Shown: positions 39,349-51,747 of the stretch, piece by piece
Layout of the letters: each line of letters starts with the position of its first letter
Numbering within the stretch: position 1 is the first letter of the stretch
NCBI RefSeq assembly: GCF_009914755.1
Contig: NC_060942.1
Strand: one strand, 5' to 3'
Length of the DNA stretch: 64,000 bases
Source of the DNA: the human T2T-CHM13v2.0 reference genome, Homo sapiens
Translations under genes and position numbers: made by a program
Notes under the pieces: generated by a model
What the model was told of the DNA's origin: nothing
Seen by the model: only the letters and a program-made list of their open reading frames with translations
Database searches by the model: none

Positions 39349-39762
39349 TCATAAGATTACAGCAGCAGAGTAAGCAGAGTAGAACTACTTTGAAAGGAAG
39401 TCATACTCTTCCCCCACTTCCACTCTGGGCCTCAGAGGGCCATTCTAGGGGGCGGCTGTGCAGAGCCCCAGGAGGTCTGTGAGGTGACCTTTCTTGTGAT
39501 GGTACAGGATTCCTCAGTGGGGGTGGGGAGTGGTGCAAGTTGAGAATTTGGTTCTCGGTTGACCGCAGAGGGGCCAGCTCCTCCCCAGGGCCCCGCAGCC
39601 CCACAGTTTCAAGGCCTATCCCAGATGCTGCAGGTGGGTCTGTTAAATTCAGTTCCTAATGTCTCTGCCCCAAATATCAATTTTTCATTTTGAGTTTTCT
39701 TTTTAAAACGTTTACACATCCATATTTCCAAAGTCTTATCATGTATAAGAAACACCACAATG

Positions 39763-40097
39763 TGCTGGGTGTGGTGGCTCATGCCTATAATCCCAGAACT
39801 TTATAAGGCAGAGGCAGGAGGATCACTTGCGCCCAAGAGGTGGAGACCAGTCTGGGAAACATAATGAGACCTTGTCTTTACAAAAAATTAAAAAAAAAAT
39901 TGTCCGATCGTGGTGGAACATGCTTGTATTCCCAGCTACCAGGGAGATTGACATGGGAGAAGGGAGGATCACTTGAGCCTGGGAGGTCAAGGCTGCAGTG
40001 AGCCATGATGGGTTCTTGCTCTCAAAATTGTATAGTGCCACTGCACTCCAGCCTAGGCAACAGAGTGAGACCTTGTCTCAGAAAAAAAAAAAAAAAA
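39763..40097 (+). mobile_element. AluJo-like with small internal insertions
   Basis: GGATCACTTGAGCCTGGGAGGTCAAGGCTGCAGTGAGCCATGAT; ~25-nt non-Alu insert near 40010-40034; poly(A) tail. Confidence 0.9.
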
Positions 40098-40384
40098 TCA
40101 CACTTTTTTGTGAAAATTCTCAACTTGCATCTCTCCCCACCCCCACTGAGGAAGCCTGCACCAACACAAATGGAGATAAGTGATCTTGTGAACTGCCCTC
40201 AAGTCAGAAGCAACTGGAAGAGTCAACCCATGAGTCCTTTGGTCCCCAGTGCCTGAATGCTGCCCTTCCCACCAGGAGTGGAATGTGTAACAATCCCATG
40301 GACTGTGGCACTGTATCTACATTACATATGTCACTGTTGTTATGAAGAGTGCAAAGGCTAGGACCTGAATTAGGCTAGGACCCC

Positions 40385-40759
40385 TGTATTAGTTCATTCT
40401 CATGCTGCTAATAAATACATACCTAAAACTGGGTAATTTATAAAGGAAAAAGGATTCACTGACTCACAGTTCAGCATGGCTGGGGAGGCCTCAGGAAACT
40501 TACAGTCATGGTGGAGGGGGAAGCAAAAACGTCCTTCACATGGTAGCAGCAAGGAGAAGTGCTGAGCAAAAAGGGGGAAAACCTCGTTATAAAACCATCA
40601 AATCTCATGAGAACTCACTCACTAACATGGGAACAGCAGCATGGGTGTAACTGCCCTCATGATTCAATTACCTCCCACCAGGTCCCTCCCATGACACATG
40701 GGGATTATGGGAACTACAGTTCAAGATGAAATTTGGGTGGGGACAGCCAAACCATATCA
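40385..40759 (-). mobile_element. THE1C-like solo LTR
   Basis: TGTATTAGT...GGGACAGCCAAACCATATCA; perfect TSD ACCCC. Confidence 0.93.
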
Positions 40760-40849
40760 ACCCCCCAGGTTCCATGGATGTGGGTCTGTAGGATATAAGT
40801 GTGGATTCCTCTCCACTGCTTCCTAGCATCCTTTCGAAAAACACGTAAA

Positions 40850-40980
40850 TGCTCTGAGTTTCATTTTCTTCCTCTGCTATAGAATATCCCATGAGTTATT
40901 GTGGAGATTAAATTTCAATATTTTTAAAGGGTTCAACAGGTCTCTCATCTATGGCAAATAGCCAATGCATGTGCTTGATG
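40850..40980 (+). mobile_element. MIR fragment
   Basis: CTCTGAGTTTCATTTTCTTCCTCTG...GTTATTGTGGAGATTAAAT. Confidence 0.55.
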
Positions 40981-41127
40981 ATATTAACCCAAAGGTATTC
41001 ATGCTTTTCAACTGCAAGAAGAGAGGCACATTCCAGACACCCTGGGAAAGCACTGGGTGGCATGAATATGCCCAGGCTGCATGGGAGGTGGCCAGTGTTT
41101 GGTGACTGGTTCCAGACCTTAGGCAGT

Positions 41128-41439
41128 ATTATGGACACTCAGACCCTCAGTGAGATGGCGGGGCCTTAAGGGAGTGATTAGGTCATGAGAGTGGAGCCCT
41201 CATGATGGGATTAGTTCCTGTAAAAGAGGAGACATGAGACAACTTACTTTCTCTCTCTGTTCTTGGCCATGTGAGGACACAATGAGAAGACAGCCATCTG
41301 CAAACCAGGAAGAGGGCCTTCACCAGATGCTGGATCTGTCAGCACTTTGATCTTGGACTTCTCAGCCTCTAGAACTTGAGAAATAAACGTTTGTTGTTTA
41401 AACCTATGGTAATTTGTTTCAGCAGCAGAAACTAAGACA
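41128..41439 (+). mobile_element. MLT1A-like LTR
   Basis: GATTAGGTCATGAGAGTGGAGCCCTCATGATGGGATTAG...TTGATCTTGGACTTCTCAGCCTCTAGAAC...ACTAAGACA. Confidence 0.87.
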
Positions 41440-41919
41440 GGAAGGTGGCTCTGTTCTTTCCCCCAGGCTCCAGGATGTACACATAATTAAGAGGCTAAGA
41501 TGCAAACCCCAATATCAAAGGGGTTTCCTCAAAGCAATGAAATAATGTGGAAAGCCTTTTTGAAATTGGTAGGAAGTAAAAGAAAGGCTCCTTTTTAAAA
41601 AACAAATTCTTACACAACCAAATGATGAACTGTCAGTCTCACAAACTCCCCAGGACTTTACTGAAGACTGTAAGATGACAGCCACAGGAACTGGCCTGTA
41701 CCAAAGGATCCTGATGCATTCCTCAGGCTCTCAGGAGGACTCAGCCTCCTGGAACCTGAGCTCCAGGCCTCCAGGTAAGCAGTTGCCATGTTGAGGGCAC
41801 AGAGGTGCTTCTATGCTCAGTGCTGCAGTGGCCTCTGCATCAGCCTCTCCCCTGGGGCTCAAAACATAAACTGCTCCTAAAGGTTCCTCCATTAAAAACA
41901 GAACTGAGCTCCAGTGCTG

Positions 41920-41962
41920 ATAGCCTTGGGCTTGTTTATAGCCTTGGGCTTGTTTATAGCCT
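41920..41962. repeat. 18-bp tandem duplication (ATAGCCTTGGGCTTGTTT, about 2.4 copies)
   Basis: Direct reading; it produces the GYKQAQ repeat in the spurious ORF 41731-41967. Confidence 0.9.
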
Positions 41963-42489
41963 ACCAATGGTAACTTAGAGCACAGAAATGGGAAAAAAGT
42001 TATTCTAATTTACCTCAGAGCAAAGCCCTGGTGCTCAATCCAGGAACACTATAAGAAATACAGAGGCCAGGCCCCACCATGGCCTATTCAGTCAAGCTGT
42101 CAGGTTGGTCCTTAGGTGATTTACATGAGCATCCCAGGCTGGGACCCATGGGAATCCACCCCAAGATTAGTAGTGGCAGCTCTCATTTTCAGCAGCACAA
42201 TGAGCCACTTCTATACAAAGCAGGTGGAGGGTGGATCAGCTGCTTTGCACAACTGTCTTCTAAAGAACAAGACAAGGACCATTGCTCAGAACCTGGACGT
42301 CATCTCCATGGGCATTGCTCTCTCAAGAGCAGGGTCAACAGAGAGCAAGTTCCTGGATCTTCTCCTTGGTGAAATTCTGCAGAGAGTGCATCTCTAGTGA
42401 TGGATGGATACAGTGCATCTCTAGTGATGGAGGACCTAAGCTGCAATTGTTAAACCTACCCCTTATATAAAAACCATGAAATATCCAGA

Positions 42490-42842
42490 TGTATTAGACC
42501 ATCTTCGCACTGCCATAAAGAACCTCCCTGAGACTGGGTAATTTATAAAGAGGTTCAATTGACTTACAGTTATGCATGGCTGGGGAGGCCTCAAAAAACT
42601 TACAATCATGGTGGAAGGGGAAGCAGGCACCTTCTTCACAGGTCAGCAGGAGAGAGAAAAAGAGTGCATGAAGGGGAAAGAGCCCTACACTTATCAAACA
42701 ACCAGATCTTGTGAGAATTCACTCACTATCATGAGAACAGCATGGGGGGAACCAGTCACCTCCCACTAGGTCCCTCCCTTGACACATGGTAATTACAATT
42801 TGAGATGAGATTTGGATGGGGATACAGAGCCAAACCATATAA
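42490..42842 (-). mobile_element. THE1D-like solo LTR
   Basis: TGTATTAGACC...GAGATTTGGATGGGGATACAGAGCCAAACCATATAA; TSD CCAGA/TCAGA. Confidence 0.9.
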
Positions 42843-43565
42843 TCAGAGAACAATGTGGCAGAGCCCAGTTGCACTTAATGGGCCTTAACATCAACCATGA
42901 ACTCACCAATCTGTCTGCATTACTTCAAAGCCACCTGCCTGACAGACAGACAGCCAGATTGGACCTGCCCATTTAGTTAAACCTACAGTCTCATTCTTCC
43001 AAAGAGCTGACATTTCCCTTGGGATGGTTTGCACTACGCAGGCTAAGCTTAGGACCTCCTATTTCTATAATGCCAATTTGCCTAGAAGGTTGAGTGTGGC
43101 CGACAAAAATCTGTCTTGAATCACCAGATGATTTAGATAGCCAGATGATAGGCTGTATAATTGTATAGAAACCATTTTCTTTTGGAAGCAGGTGATAGAG
43201 GGAAGTATTCTTGCTAAGGAACTATAAATGAGATTCTACCCTGGATTTGTAGTGACCAGTGACCTTTTTTGACTTATAGCTCATGATCAATGATGTCTTA
43301 AATTTGAGCATTTAACCTTGAAATTAATTTCTTCAAATTCGTGGGATTACAGTATATGGGACTTAGAATCATTCCAGTTCAGCCCCCTAGTTTTAACCCC
43401 AAGGAAGTAAAAATGCCAGGACTTTGTCGGTGACTAAAATACAAGTGCATGTGCATGCTTGCACATATTTTATTTTCTGACTCCTGATAGGGTGTTTTCC
43501 CGTGATGCTAAGATGCTTCCAGTCTGATGTCTGAATCTAAAAAAGTCAAAATCTTTGTCATCCAT

Positions 43566-43935
43566 TGTGTATTAGTCAGGATAGGATAGGATAGGATATG
43601 CTGTGGTAACAAAGCCCCTCGAATCTCAGTGGCTAAACCATAAAGGTTTACCTTTCTAATCACCTCCAAAGTGAGCAGCAAGGAGCTCTGCTCCTGGGTT
43701 ACTCTGGAACCTGGGCTACTGGAAGCACTGCCACCTCTATATGTCACTTCAGTGTTTGCCACAGCTTTGGGATCTCACACTCTCTAGGTGTCAACCTAAA
43801 GTGACGCTCATCACTTCTGCTCTCATCCCAGTGGAAAGAACTGCACATGGGCCTTGGTTGCAAGTGATCTAGGAATCATGGTCCTCTGTGTACAATGGAG
43901 GAGAGATGAACCTGATGATGGTTAGCACCACCATA
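43566..43935 (-). mobile_element. Old MLT1 (K/L-like) LTR
   Basis: TGTATTAGTCAGGATAGG...TATGCTGTGGTAACAAA...ATCTCAGTGGCT...CATCACTTCTGCTC. Confidence 0.72.
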
Positions 43936-44076
43936 TATAATAAACATCTTGGGGGCACCCATTCTGTGCTATATACTGTACTGGTGGCTGAGACTACCCA
44001 CAGAAGTCCCTACACTGGAGCATGCATAGGCTGTGGGGGAGACAGGGAGTAGAAGAAGAGGGAAGGGGTTAGACTT

Positions 44077-44691
44077 TGTGATGTGAGAGACTATATCAAC
44101 TAAGACCCTATGGTTAAGGAAACAGTTACCTATTGGTCAAGGGTTCAGGGCCTGGATGCCATGGCATGGCAAATTTCTAAATTCCTGTGACTGTAAGAAA
44201 AACCCCACTCTTATTTAACCCCCTACCAAAAGGAATTATCAGGCTGATTTACAACCCAGACCACTGCAACTCTGATTGGACAGGGGACTGGTCTTACAAA
44301 CAGTCTTTTCTGATAAGCTATTACAGACTTCAAGTTTCAGCCAGTGGATAGAGACTGCACACAAGCTGTCGTTGTGGCCTATAGTTCACCTTTTGACATG
44401 AGCCAAATTCTACCTCATTTTAATGCTAAAACCCCACCCCAAATTGAACATGGCAGAGTAGGTTACATATACGTTTACCCGTTGTGCATGCATTTACTCC
44501 TCTCATAAACATGTATTATTTTCCCACCAAGCCTGCTGAGTATGTATGATACTGGCCCTGTGAGACTTAAAACCTGTCCTTTCCCTCTTCAGTCCAAGGT
44601 GGAGGCTTTCTCTTCCCAGCTTGCAAACCGGTATCTCCAGCAAAGCTCTCCTTTCTACTATTCAGCTATCCTGGTGGTCTTTTGAATGACA
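44077..44691 (+). mobile_element. MER39-like ERV1 solo LTR, inserted in an L2 relic (about 43940-44850)
   Basis: TG...CA ends with 4-bp TSD ACTT; CCAGACCACTGCAACTCTGATTGGACAG, CCTCATTTTAATGCTAAAACCCCACCCC. Confidence 0.8.
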
Positions 44692-45489
44692 ACTTGCAGA
44701 TAGATAAGCTACAATATGACAAATGCCATAATTAAAGTGTGACGAGAGTACTGCCAACTTCAAATATGGGAACAAACACAATTGGGAAAATTGAGAAAGA
44801 CTAACAAAGTAGGTGATCTTTGAGCTGGGTCTTGAATACAGAATAGAATAATCTCCTTATGAACACATCATAGTCTCATTTGAAATAATTCCTTTGCTTT
44901 TGTGAATGTTCTACTGAGGTTTGTTTTAATTCTGTAAGCTTCTTGACAAAGGTCCAACATTCTCTTGAATAGCCTTGAAATAGACTTGAACTTCTAAAGA
45001 ATCAAATAAGTAATACATAAGCACAGTTGTGTTATCAGTATGAGCTGGAATTGTGTGACCCAGAAAGAAACTGGCAAAAGCCCAGGAGTACAGTGGAAAG
45101 TGTACTGAGGTGGTCATATTATATTTTCAAGCTAAAATCAGAAAGCAAGAACTTAGAGGAATTTTAAGTTCCCTTTGCATGAAAAGGCCATAAGTTTGGA
45201 ATATCTGAGATATTCCAGAAGTGTATAGCAATATAGAAACAGAATGTGTTAAATGTTATAAAATGATCCCAGAAAAATCTGAAATGTGTTGTCACAGAAG
45301 CAATAAATACAGCCAGTGATTTGTATAACATCCATTTACTGAACACTGTTTCCTAGTCAGGATATTGTACTAACATACAATTAAAAATCACTGCTGCATC
45401 ATTTTTTCCTTCCTCCAGGAATAAGTAAAATTCCTTTCTTCTACTATCTTAGTGAAAACCTCTACCCAATTTCACAAAGGGTGATGATT

Positions 45490-45720
45490 TCAATAATGAC
45501 AATTATAACAAATAACAAGAATTTGCTATGTGCCAATTATAATTCTAACCATGTATTTATTCACACTTCAAGCACACTATGTTGTAGGAACCTCCAGTAT
45601 CTTTAACTTAATTAAATTGCAAATAGCTTTGGGTTCCACACACTAAAGTGGCAGAACTAGGATATGAACCTAGATAGTCCAACTACAGAGCCTCTATTCT
45701 TAATCATTTCACTACACCTT
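45490..45720 (-). mobile_element. MIR
   Basis: AGTGGCAGAACTAGGATATGAACCTAG...AACTACAGAGCCTCTATTCTTAATCA. Confidence 0.6.
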
Positions 45721-45966
45721 TTTCATAGAATGATTTATCCTCTAGAAAAGGTGAATGACAATCCGTCGTTTCTAATTAAAAAAGGAAGAAAGAAAAGGCT
45801 CGCATATTGGTTTTTAAATTACTGGGCTGCAAATATTTTCTTTCCAGGTATCCAAATCTATATTAAGACCTATCTTCATTAAAAATGACTTATAATATTT
45901 AGCTACTCTCAAACACCTCCCTTGCTTTCCAAGGGCTAGGACTAAATAGATTCAGATACATGATGC

Positions 45967-46836
45967 TGTGGTATTAGGATATAATCCAAAGTACGTATTT
46001 GGTCCTCATTCCCAGGTTTCTGCCCAGAGCTCCTAAAACCCTTTTAATTTCCTAAGTGATAAGAGTGATAAAGGTGAAAGGAGCATCTTTTGTTATTCAT
46101 AACAATCCCCTTTCATCTACACCTGAGCTTATGTTGATGTGATAACTTTTGGAAAGCCCCTAAGGATGGGGGCTGGTTGCCAGGGGAAACAAACCACAGG
46201 ATTAAAGGCTCAGAACTTGCAGCCCCACTCATCAACCTCTGGGGAGGGGAGAGGGGCTGGAGAGTGACCTAATCACCAATGGCCAATGATTTAATCAGTC
46301 ATATCTATATAATAAATCATCTATTAAAAATCCCTAACGAGGAGGTTTGGAGAGCTTCTAGGTTGATGAACACGTGGAGGTGCTGGGAGGGTAACTGCAC
46401 CCAGAGAGGACGTGGAAGCTTACAGCCCCATCTCCCATAGCTTGCTCTATACATTTCTTTCATCTGGCTGCTCCTAAGTTGTGTTCCTTTTTATAAAAAA
46501 TCTGGAATCTAGTAAGTAAACTGTTTTCCTGAGTTCTGTGAGCCGTTACAACAAATTATCCAACCCGAGGAGGGAGTCATGGGGGCCCCCATTTATAGCT
46601 GGTCTATCAGAAGCACAGGTGACACCTGGACCTGTGACTGGTGTCTGAGTGGAGTTAGTCCTATGGGACCGATCCCTTAACCTGGGGGATCTGATACTAT
46701 TTCCAGGTAGATTGTGTCAGAATTGTGTTAAATTGTAGGACACCCAGTTGGTGTCTGCCCGATAATTGAACTGAATTGTAGAAGTGTTGAAAGTGTTGTG
46801 TGAAAGTAGAAAAGGAAAAAGGTTTGTTTCTCTCTT
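45967..46836 (+). mobile_element. MER21-family LTR
   Basis: CAGAGCTCCTAAAACCCTT...GGGGCTGGTTGCCAGGGGAAAC...ATCACCAATGGCCAATGATTTAATCA...GGACACCCAGTTGGTGTC. Confidence 0.85.
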
Positions 46837-48745
46837 TGATGGGGACATTTTGTTTGAAATCCCTGTGGCACCATGGCTGGTAAGGCTGTACCAGGTGTGA
46901 GTCTTTTTCACCTTTTCCCTTCATAGGAAAAGAAGGCAAAAGAGAGGAGGGGCTATTGGCCTTTGATAAGATTATCAGGTAGACTACCTGTAACCCTTAT
47001 CCCCCAACTCCTAGCCGTTGGTTCCCTGGGACTGTTTTCAAACACCTATTCATAGGGACCTGGAGTCAAAATGTATCCATCTGTTCTCACTATCTCTTGA
47101 ACTCTGGAATAACTACATGTAATACATTGCTAATCATTACCTTTCCAGGATAACATATTTTTGTAAGCTACTTACGGCTTTTTAAGAAGTCACCAGTGAC
47201 CTACTAGTAGAAACTTGAGATTCATTCAGAGGGAGGCATTTTTCGTAAGAATAACTTTTAGTGGTCTGCTTTTGAAAAAGGCTGGCCTCTTGGAGACAAC
47301 TGCCATTTTTGAACCTAGAGGCCCGTTCTGCTGCCCCCATTGCTTACATTTGCATATGCCGCAGAACTTATTTCTGGGCTCCATGAAACTGCTGCCTACA
47401 CAGCCAATCTGCCACTTCTTCTGGCAGAGGCCTCTGTGCACAAGTGTGCACACCACACACATACAGGGCAGGGCTGGCCACGCTTTTCCACAAATCCAGT
47501 TTCCGAAGAAGAATAATGAGATGCTCCACGGTCCCCTCAGAACAAGGGTTGCTAAAAAGCAACAAGACTCTAGTGAGTGAAGTCTCTGAGCTGGTGCTGA
47601 TCTCGGGGAAGGCGAATGTGGATGAAAGGTGAGGGGGCTTATAAGACATGAATGGGGAAATGGAATAACTAGAGTGGAGCACAGGCAAAAGGGGGAAATC
47701 TTCTCTCTTCTTTCTCTACCTGGCCTAATGTGAGCAGACGTTATCAGAAGGGATTCTGTTAAAACAAAGTCATTTTCTGTGACATGGTTTGTACTAAATG
47801 GAACAATGCTAGTTTTGAGTTTTCAGTGTACAATTACCAAGGGGACCTTTTAATAACTTCGGCTATTCAATTGCTAGATCATATATTGCCATTCCCTAGA
47901 TTGTTGCAGTAAAGGTGATGATATAACTTGCATCCCATTGCAGTACCTTTCTTCATCACTTGTTTACCAGGAGTCAGAGAGAGAGCTTTTCAAAAAATGA
48001 GCATAGACTTCCAGGCAGCAAAGCTTTCTAATCCCACCTGACGGTCCTCAAGTTATCCAGAGCAGCTTCATGGAGAAGAACAGTAATTAGGTTGATTGAA
48101 TCCTTACGCCTGCATGGCTTTTCAGCTGCTCTGATGCATTCTTTTGAGTATAAATAAGTTTTCAATGAGTATTACAGAATGGGCAATACCACAGGAAAAT
48201 ACTGCCAGTAAGCTCTGATTTTAGATGCTGGTCCCAATGTAGCTATTTAGTTCCTTGAATTGTTAGCTCTCTAAAGCCCTGTCTCACCCTCCCTAAACCC
48301 ATGAGCCTAGATGGTTGGGTGTAATGAAGAAGTCTGAGATCATAGAAAAGCTGTCTGGCTTTTCTGGAAATTAAACCCTGACCTTTGTCTCAGTAGCAGC
48401 AGGCTTTAAGTAGCACAGCCCAGTACCATGTCTTGGTTTTGGTGATTTCTTATACGACTAGGGTGTAATAAATAATTTTGAATGATGCCTTCACATTCTG
48501 AAGCCATAAGCCTGTTAAACATTAGGTCACGAACTTTTTCTGGTTTGTCTAAGACATTGTTGGCCCTAGCACTGGAAGTCCCACATCCAGGAATCCCCTC
48601 GAACTAGGGCAAACTGAAATGATTGACCCCCCCCCCCTTTCTTAAAAGGTATAATGCAGCTTTCCTAGGATTGGATCTATTTCTCTGTTTGTTTTGTCGT
48701 CTAGATTTCTTGTTATATCAGTGCCCTCCCATCAGGTATCTCCAC

Positions 48746-48806
48746 TATATAAGCGGCACCAACCAGCACATTTAACTGAGGGAAGGGGTGGGCGTGAGGC
48801 GGGAGG
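48746..48806 (+). promoter_or_regulatory. Candidate Pol II core promoter: TATA box (TATATAAG 48746-48753) and GC/GT boxes (48785-48806)
   Basis: Motifs in non-repetitive sequence, followed by a donor-like AAA|GTAAGA at 48958-48966; function not shown. Confidence 0.35.
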
Positions 48807-48807
48807 A

Positions 48808-48946
48808 TGGAATGAGGGATATAGAGAGCAGGAAGATTAATGTCATATTGGAGTTGGACTGCAGGGCTTCCTTTACACAATAAATATTGTATGAAGTGCT
48901 GATGTAACCTTTACTGCAGCATGACATGGGATTTGGCTGTTTTTAT
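48808..48946 (+). ncRNA. MIR3976: Annotated microRNA locus miR-3976 (mature 48820-48843); authenticity as a miRNA is doubtful
   Basis: TATAGAGAGCAGGAAGATTAATGT matches my recollection of mature hsa-miR-3976; precursor limits are from memory and approximate. Confidence 0.75.
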
Positions 48947-50543
48947 GGCTCATGATTAAAGTAAGAAACAAGTCTCTGATTAGATGATTCTTTTTCCCCC
49001 ACAGACCTCTGTCCTTCATATTTCCAAGAATGCTATTTTATTTATGCAATCCATCTAACTCAGACACCAAAATATGTAGATCACAACCTAGACAACATAA
49101 AGAAGCATTCTTTTTATTCTTGGCCTCAGATTATTTATAATCTAAAATGCTAGCTTTGATGAGCATTGCAGGGAAAGAAAGAGTTGAGACTGGCAGATTT
49201 TACCTCCTTTTAAAAAGTATACTATCTGCAAGTGGTGAAACCCATTGATATTTTGTTGAGGTTGCATAAGAAAATAGATGGGTTTTTAATGATATTAGTT
49301 TGTTTTAGTTGCAGATAGCTAAATACAGTCAGCTAAAAAGCAAATTGAGCTCTAAGGAACAGAATTAAATAATTTGGTTTTCTCCTTCTGGTCTATCCTA
49401 TTCAGTAATTTAATTATTTGTGAAACTTTTAAACTCAATTGACTCATTGAATTTGTTCAAGTTGGTTGGTGTATGGTGTTACACTCATTATATATTTTTT
49501 GGTCCTGGTCCAGAAATTAGCAACTCAGCTTTATTCAATCATAGAGAGCCAACTATATTTGAAATGCCTGTGCTCAGTGTTTAATGTCTTCAAGTTATAT
49601 CAATTTTTAAATTCAGAACATTAATCTGCTTATTATGTGGAAGTGCAATAAAACTATCCAGTTGAAATTGAGGAGGTTTTTCTTCTTTTTGTAACCCTTT
49701 ATATAAATTCATTGGATGGAAATTTTAAAATTCAACTGTGATGATGAAGGCTAAAAATTAAAATGATCCAGTATAAATAACACCAGAGGGTGAACCCTCA
49801 TAAATCAGCAAGTCTGTTGTTAAAAATAGTTCCAAAATATTATTCTAGCTATTAGATGCCATCTACTGGTTGTAATTACTATATGATACAACTGGCCATG
49901 GTTTTAATGCAAACGGAGAATACCCAAGACATCTACAGTTAAAATTCAAATCGTGTTTTATGGCATTCATATTTTGTGCAAATCAATCACTGAATAAGCT
50001 AAGCTACATTTTGAAATTCAGACTGCATTTAGGAAAAAAGCTACTGTGAACCAGAATGCCTTACTTAGATTTTACTTGTATTTGTAAAGTTTGGTCTTCC
50101 AAGAATTTCTGCATGGTGGGGCCAATATGATTTCTGGTGATTCTACAACTTAGTTTTTTTTTCCAGATGTAGTACAGTATATAGGGATCTGGAGATAGTT
50201 CTTTGACATTGTACCTGAAATGCATTTTGCAAAAGCAGTCAGATGCCAGCTGTTCTTCATGTAGGATGTGGAAGTGTGACAGACACAGTGGTTCTTGTGC
50301 TGTTGATTAACACACACAGGCTCTATCTGCATTTCTGTATTTAAGAATGATGAGTACTGATGTCCATTACAAAGAAAATTAAGTATGTAAACCAATCTCA
50401 TGACACTTCTTGTATTAGTATACAGAGACTGTGCTTATGCTCTAGGAAGGAATAATTAGGTACACTACGGATAAAGAAGGTAACAGTTCCCTAGATATCT
50501 TAAATTAGAGGAAAGCACACAGATAGCAAAGTCTGCTAATGAA

Positions 50544-50757
50544 CAGGTGCTGGCAAATTGCAGCCTGTAAATCGAATCCAACTGGCTGCCTGTTTTTGTG
50601 AATAAAGTTTTATTAAAACACAGCCATGCCCATGTGTTTGCGTATTGTTTAAGGCTTCTTGCAACAGCAGAGCTGAGTCATGGAGACAGACACCATATGG
50701 CCTGCAAAACCTAATATATTTACTATCTGGCCCTTTCAGTAAGTTTGCTGACTCCTA
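50544..50757. mobile_element. MER58A-like hAT MITE
   Basis: CTGCCTGTTTTTGTGAATAAAGTTTTATTAAAACACAGCCATGCCCAT...TTTACTATCTGGCCCTTT...AAGTTTGCTGACTCCT. Confidence 0.88.
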
Positions 50758-51619
50758 TTCTAGAAACTTAGACTCTTAATTAAGGCTATCATTTAGTGGA
50801 AATCCTAAATCAGCATCTTTGCTTCCATCAGCATCAATTTTGCAGCAGCCATGGCTTGTCCTATGAGAGATGATTCTACCACAAGAACCCAACCACAAGG
50901 ACGGCTCCTCTTTGAAGTTTTTACAGTCGATCTCTGGATCAGCCAGCGAAGTCCTGCTCCCAGGATCCAGGGAGAGACCATGGGTGCCCTCTAGGGCATG
51001 GTACAAAGGGAGGATTTGTTCCAGTAGAGAATAGAATAGGCCTTTTCTTTCACCTTTTGGTTTCCAGGTGCTGAACTACATGTAGGAGTCTTGGTAGTAA
51101 AACCAAGCTTAATGGTTATTGAAATAGAACTACCAGAGAGGTGGTAGAAGCACATGTTTTGTACAAGTTGGTTAACTGCCAGCAGCTTTGAATCGTGTAA
51201 CTGCTTACAAAAAATTTCACATGGTCCAGGAATAAGAGGAAACAAATGTATGAAAAACAAATTCCCAGATACTTACATTTAAAATAAAAAGCAAACTAAC
51301 AATAATTTGGAAAATTTATACTTTCATATACTACTTTTATGTAGAAAAAAGATTCAGGAAACTCCTAAAGCTGATTGTTCAAATGTCATATTTATTGATA
51401 TACCCAAGGCCCTTCTTTTTGTTAAAACTACCTACATTGATGATAACCATGGAAAGAATAGGATTCGCGTATTATCTTTCTAGGTACTTGTGAAGACATC
51501 GTCTCTTTTGTTCAAAAATGCTCTATGGTAAAGAGAGGGAAAACTATTTTCTATCTCTAACTTCAATGAAAAAAAACAAAGATTCAGAACAGAATGTATC
51601 AGAACTGAACTGTGGGTTT

Positions 51620-51745
51620 GGATAATTACTTTCTGGCTGTGATGTTGGGGTAAGTTATCTCTTGGGGTAAAAGAAAAATCTCTAAGCTTCAAATTCCATC
51701 AGCTGTTAAGTAAGATAATATCCACCCCATGGAGTTATCATAGGG
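51620..51745 (+). mobile_element. MIR fragment
   Basis: GGCTGTGATGTTGGGGTAAGTTA...TCTCTAAGCTTCAAATTCCATCAGCTGTTAAG...ATAATATCCACC. Confidence 0.55.
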
Positions 51746-51747
51746 AT

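Noticed and set aside
39441-39458. CTCF-like TTCTAGGGGGCGGC (and GCCACCTCTA near 43730)
   Set aside because: They lack the conserved 5' CC of the core; much weaker than the site at 60322.
41920-42431. Short direct repeats (18-bp unit; AGTGCATCTCTAGTGATGGA x2) as a CRISPR-like array
   Set aside because: Only two copies each, no spacer series, eukaryotic context; these are local slippage duplications.
47215-47688. Several 60-120 aa ORFs on both strands in unique sequence
   Set aside because: No recognisable domain, mostly non-ATG starts and mutual overlap; consistent with chance.
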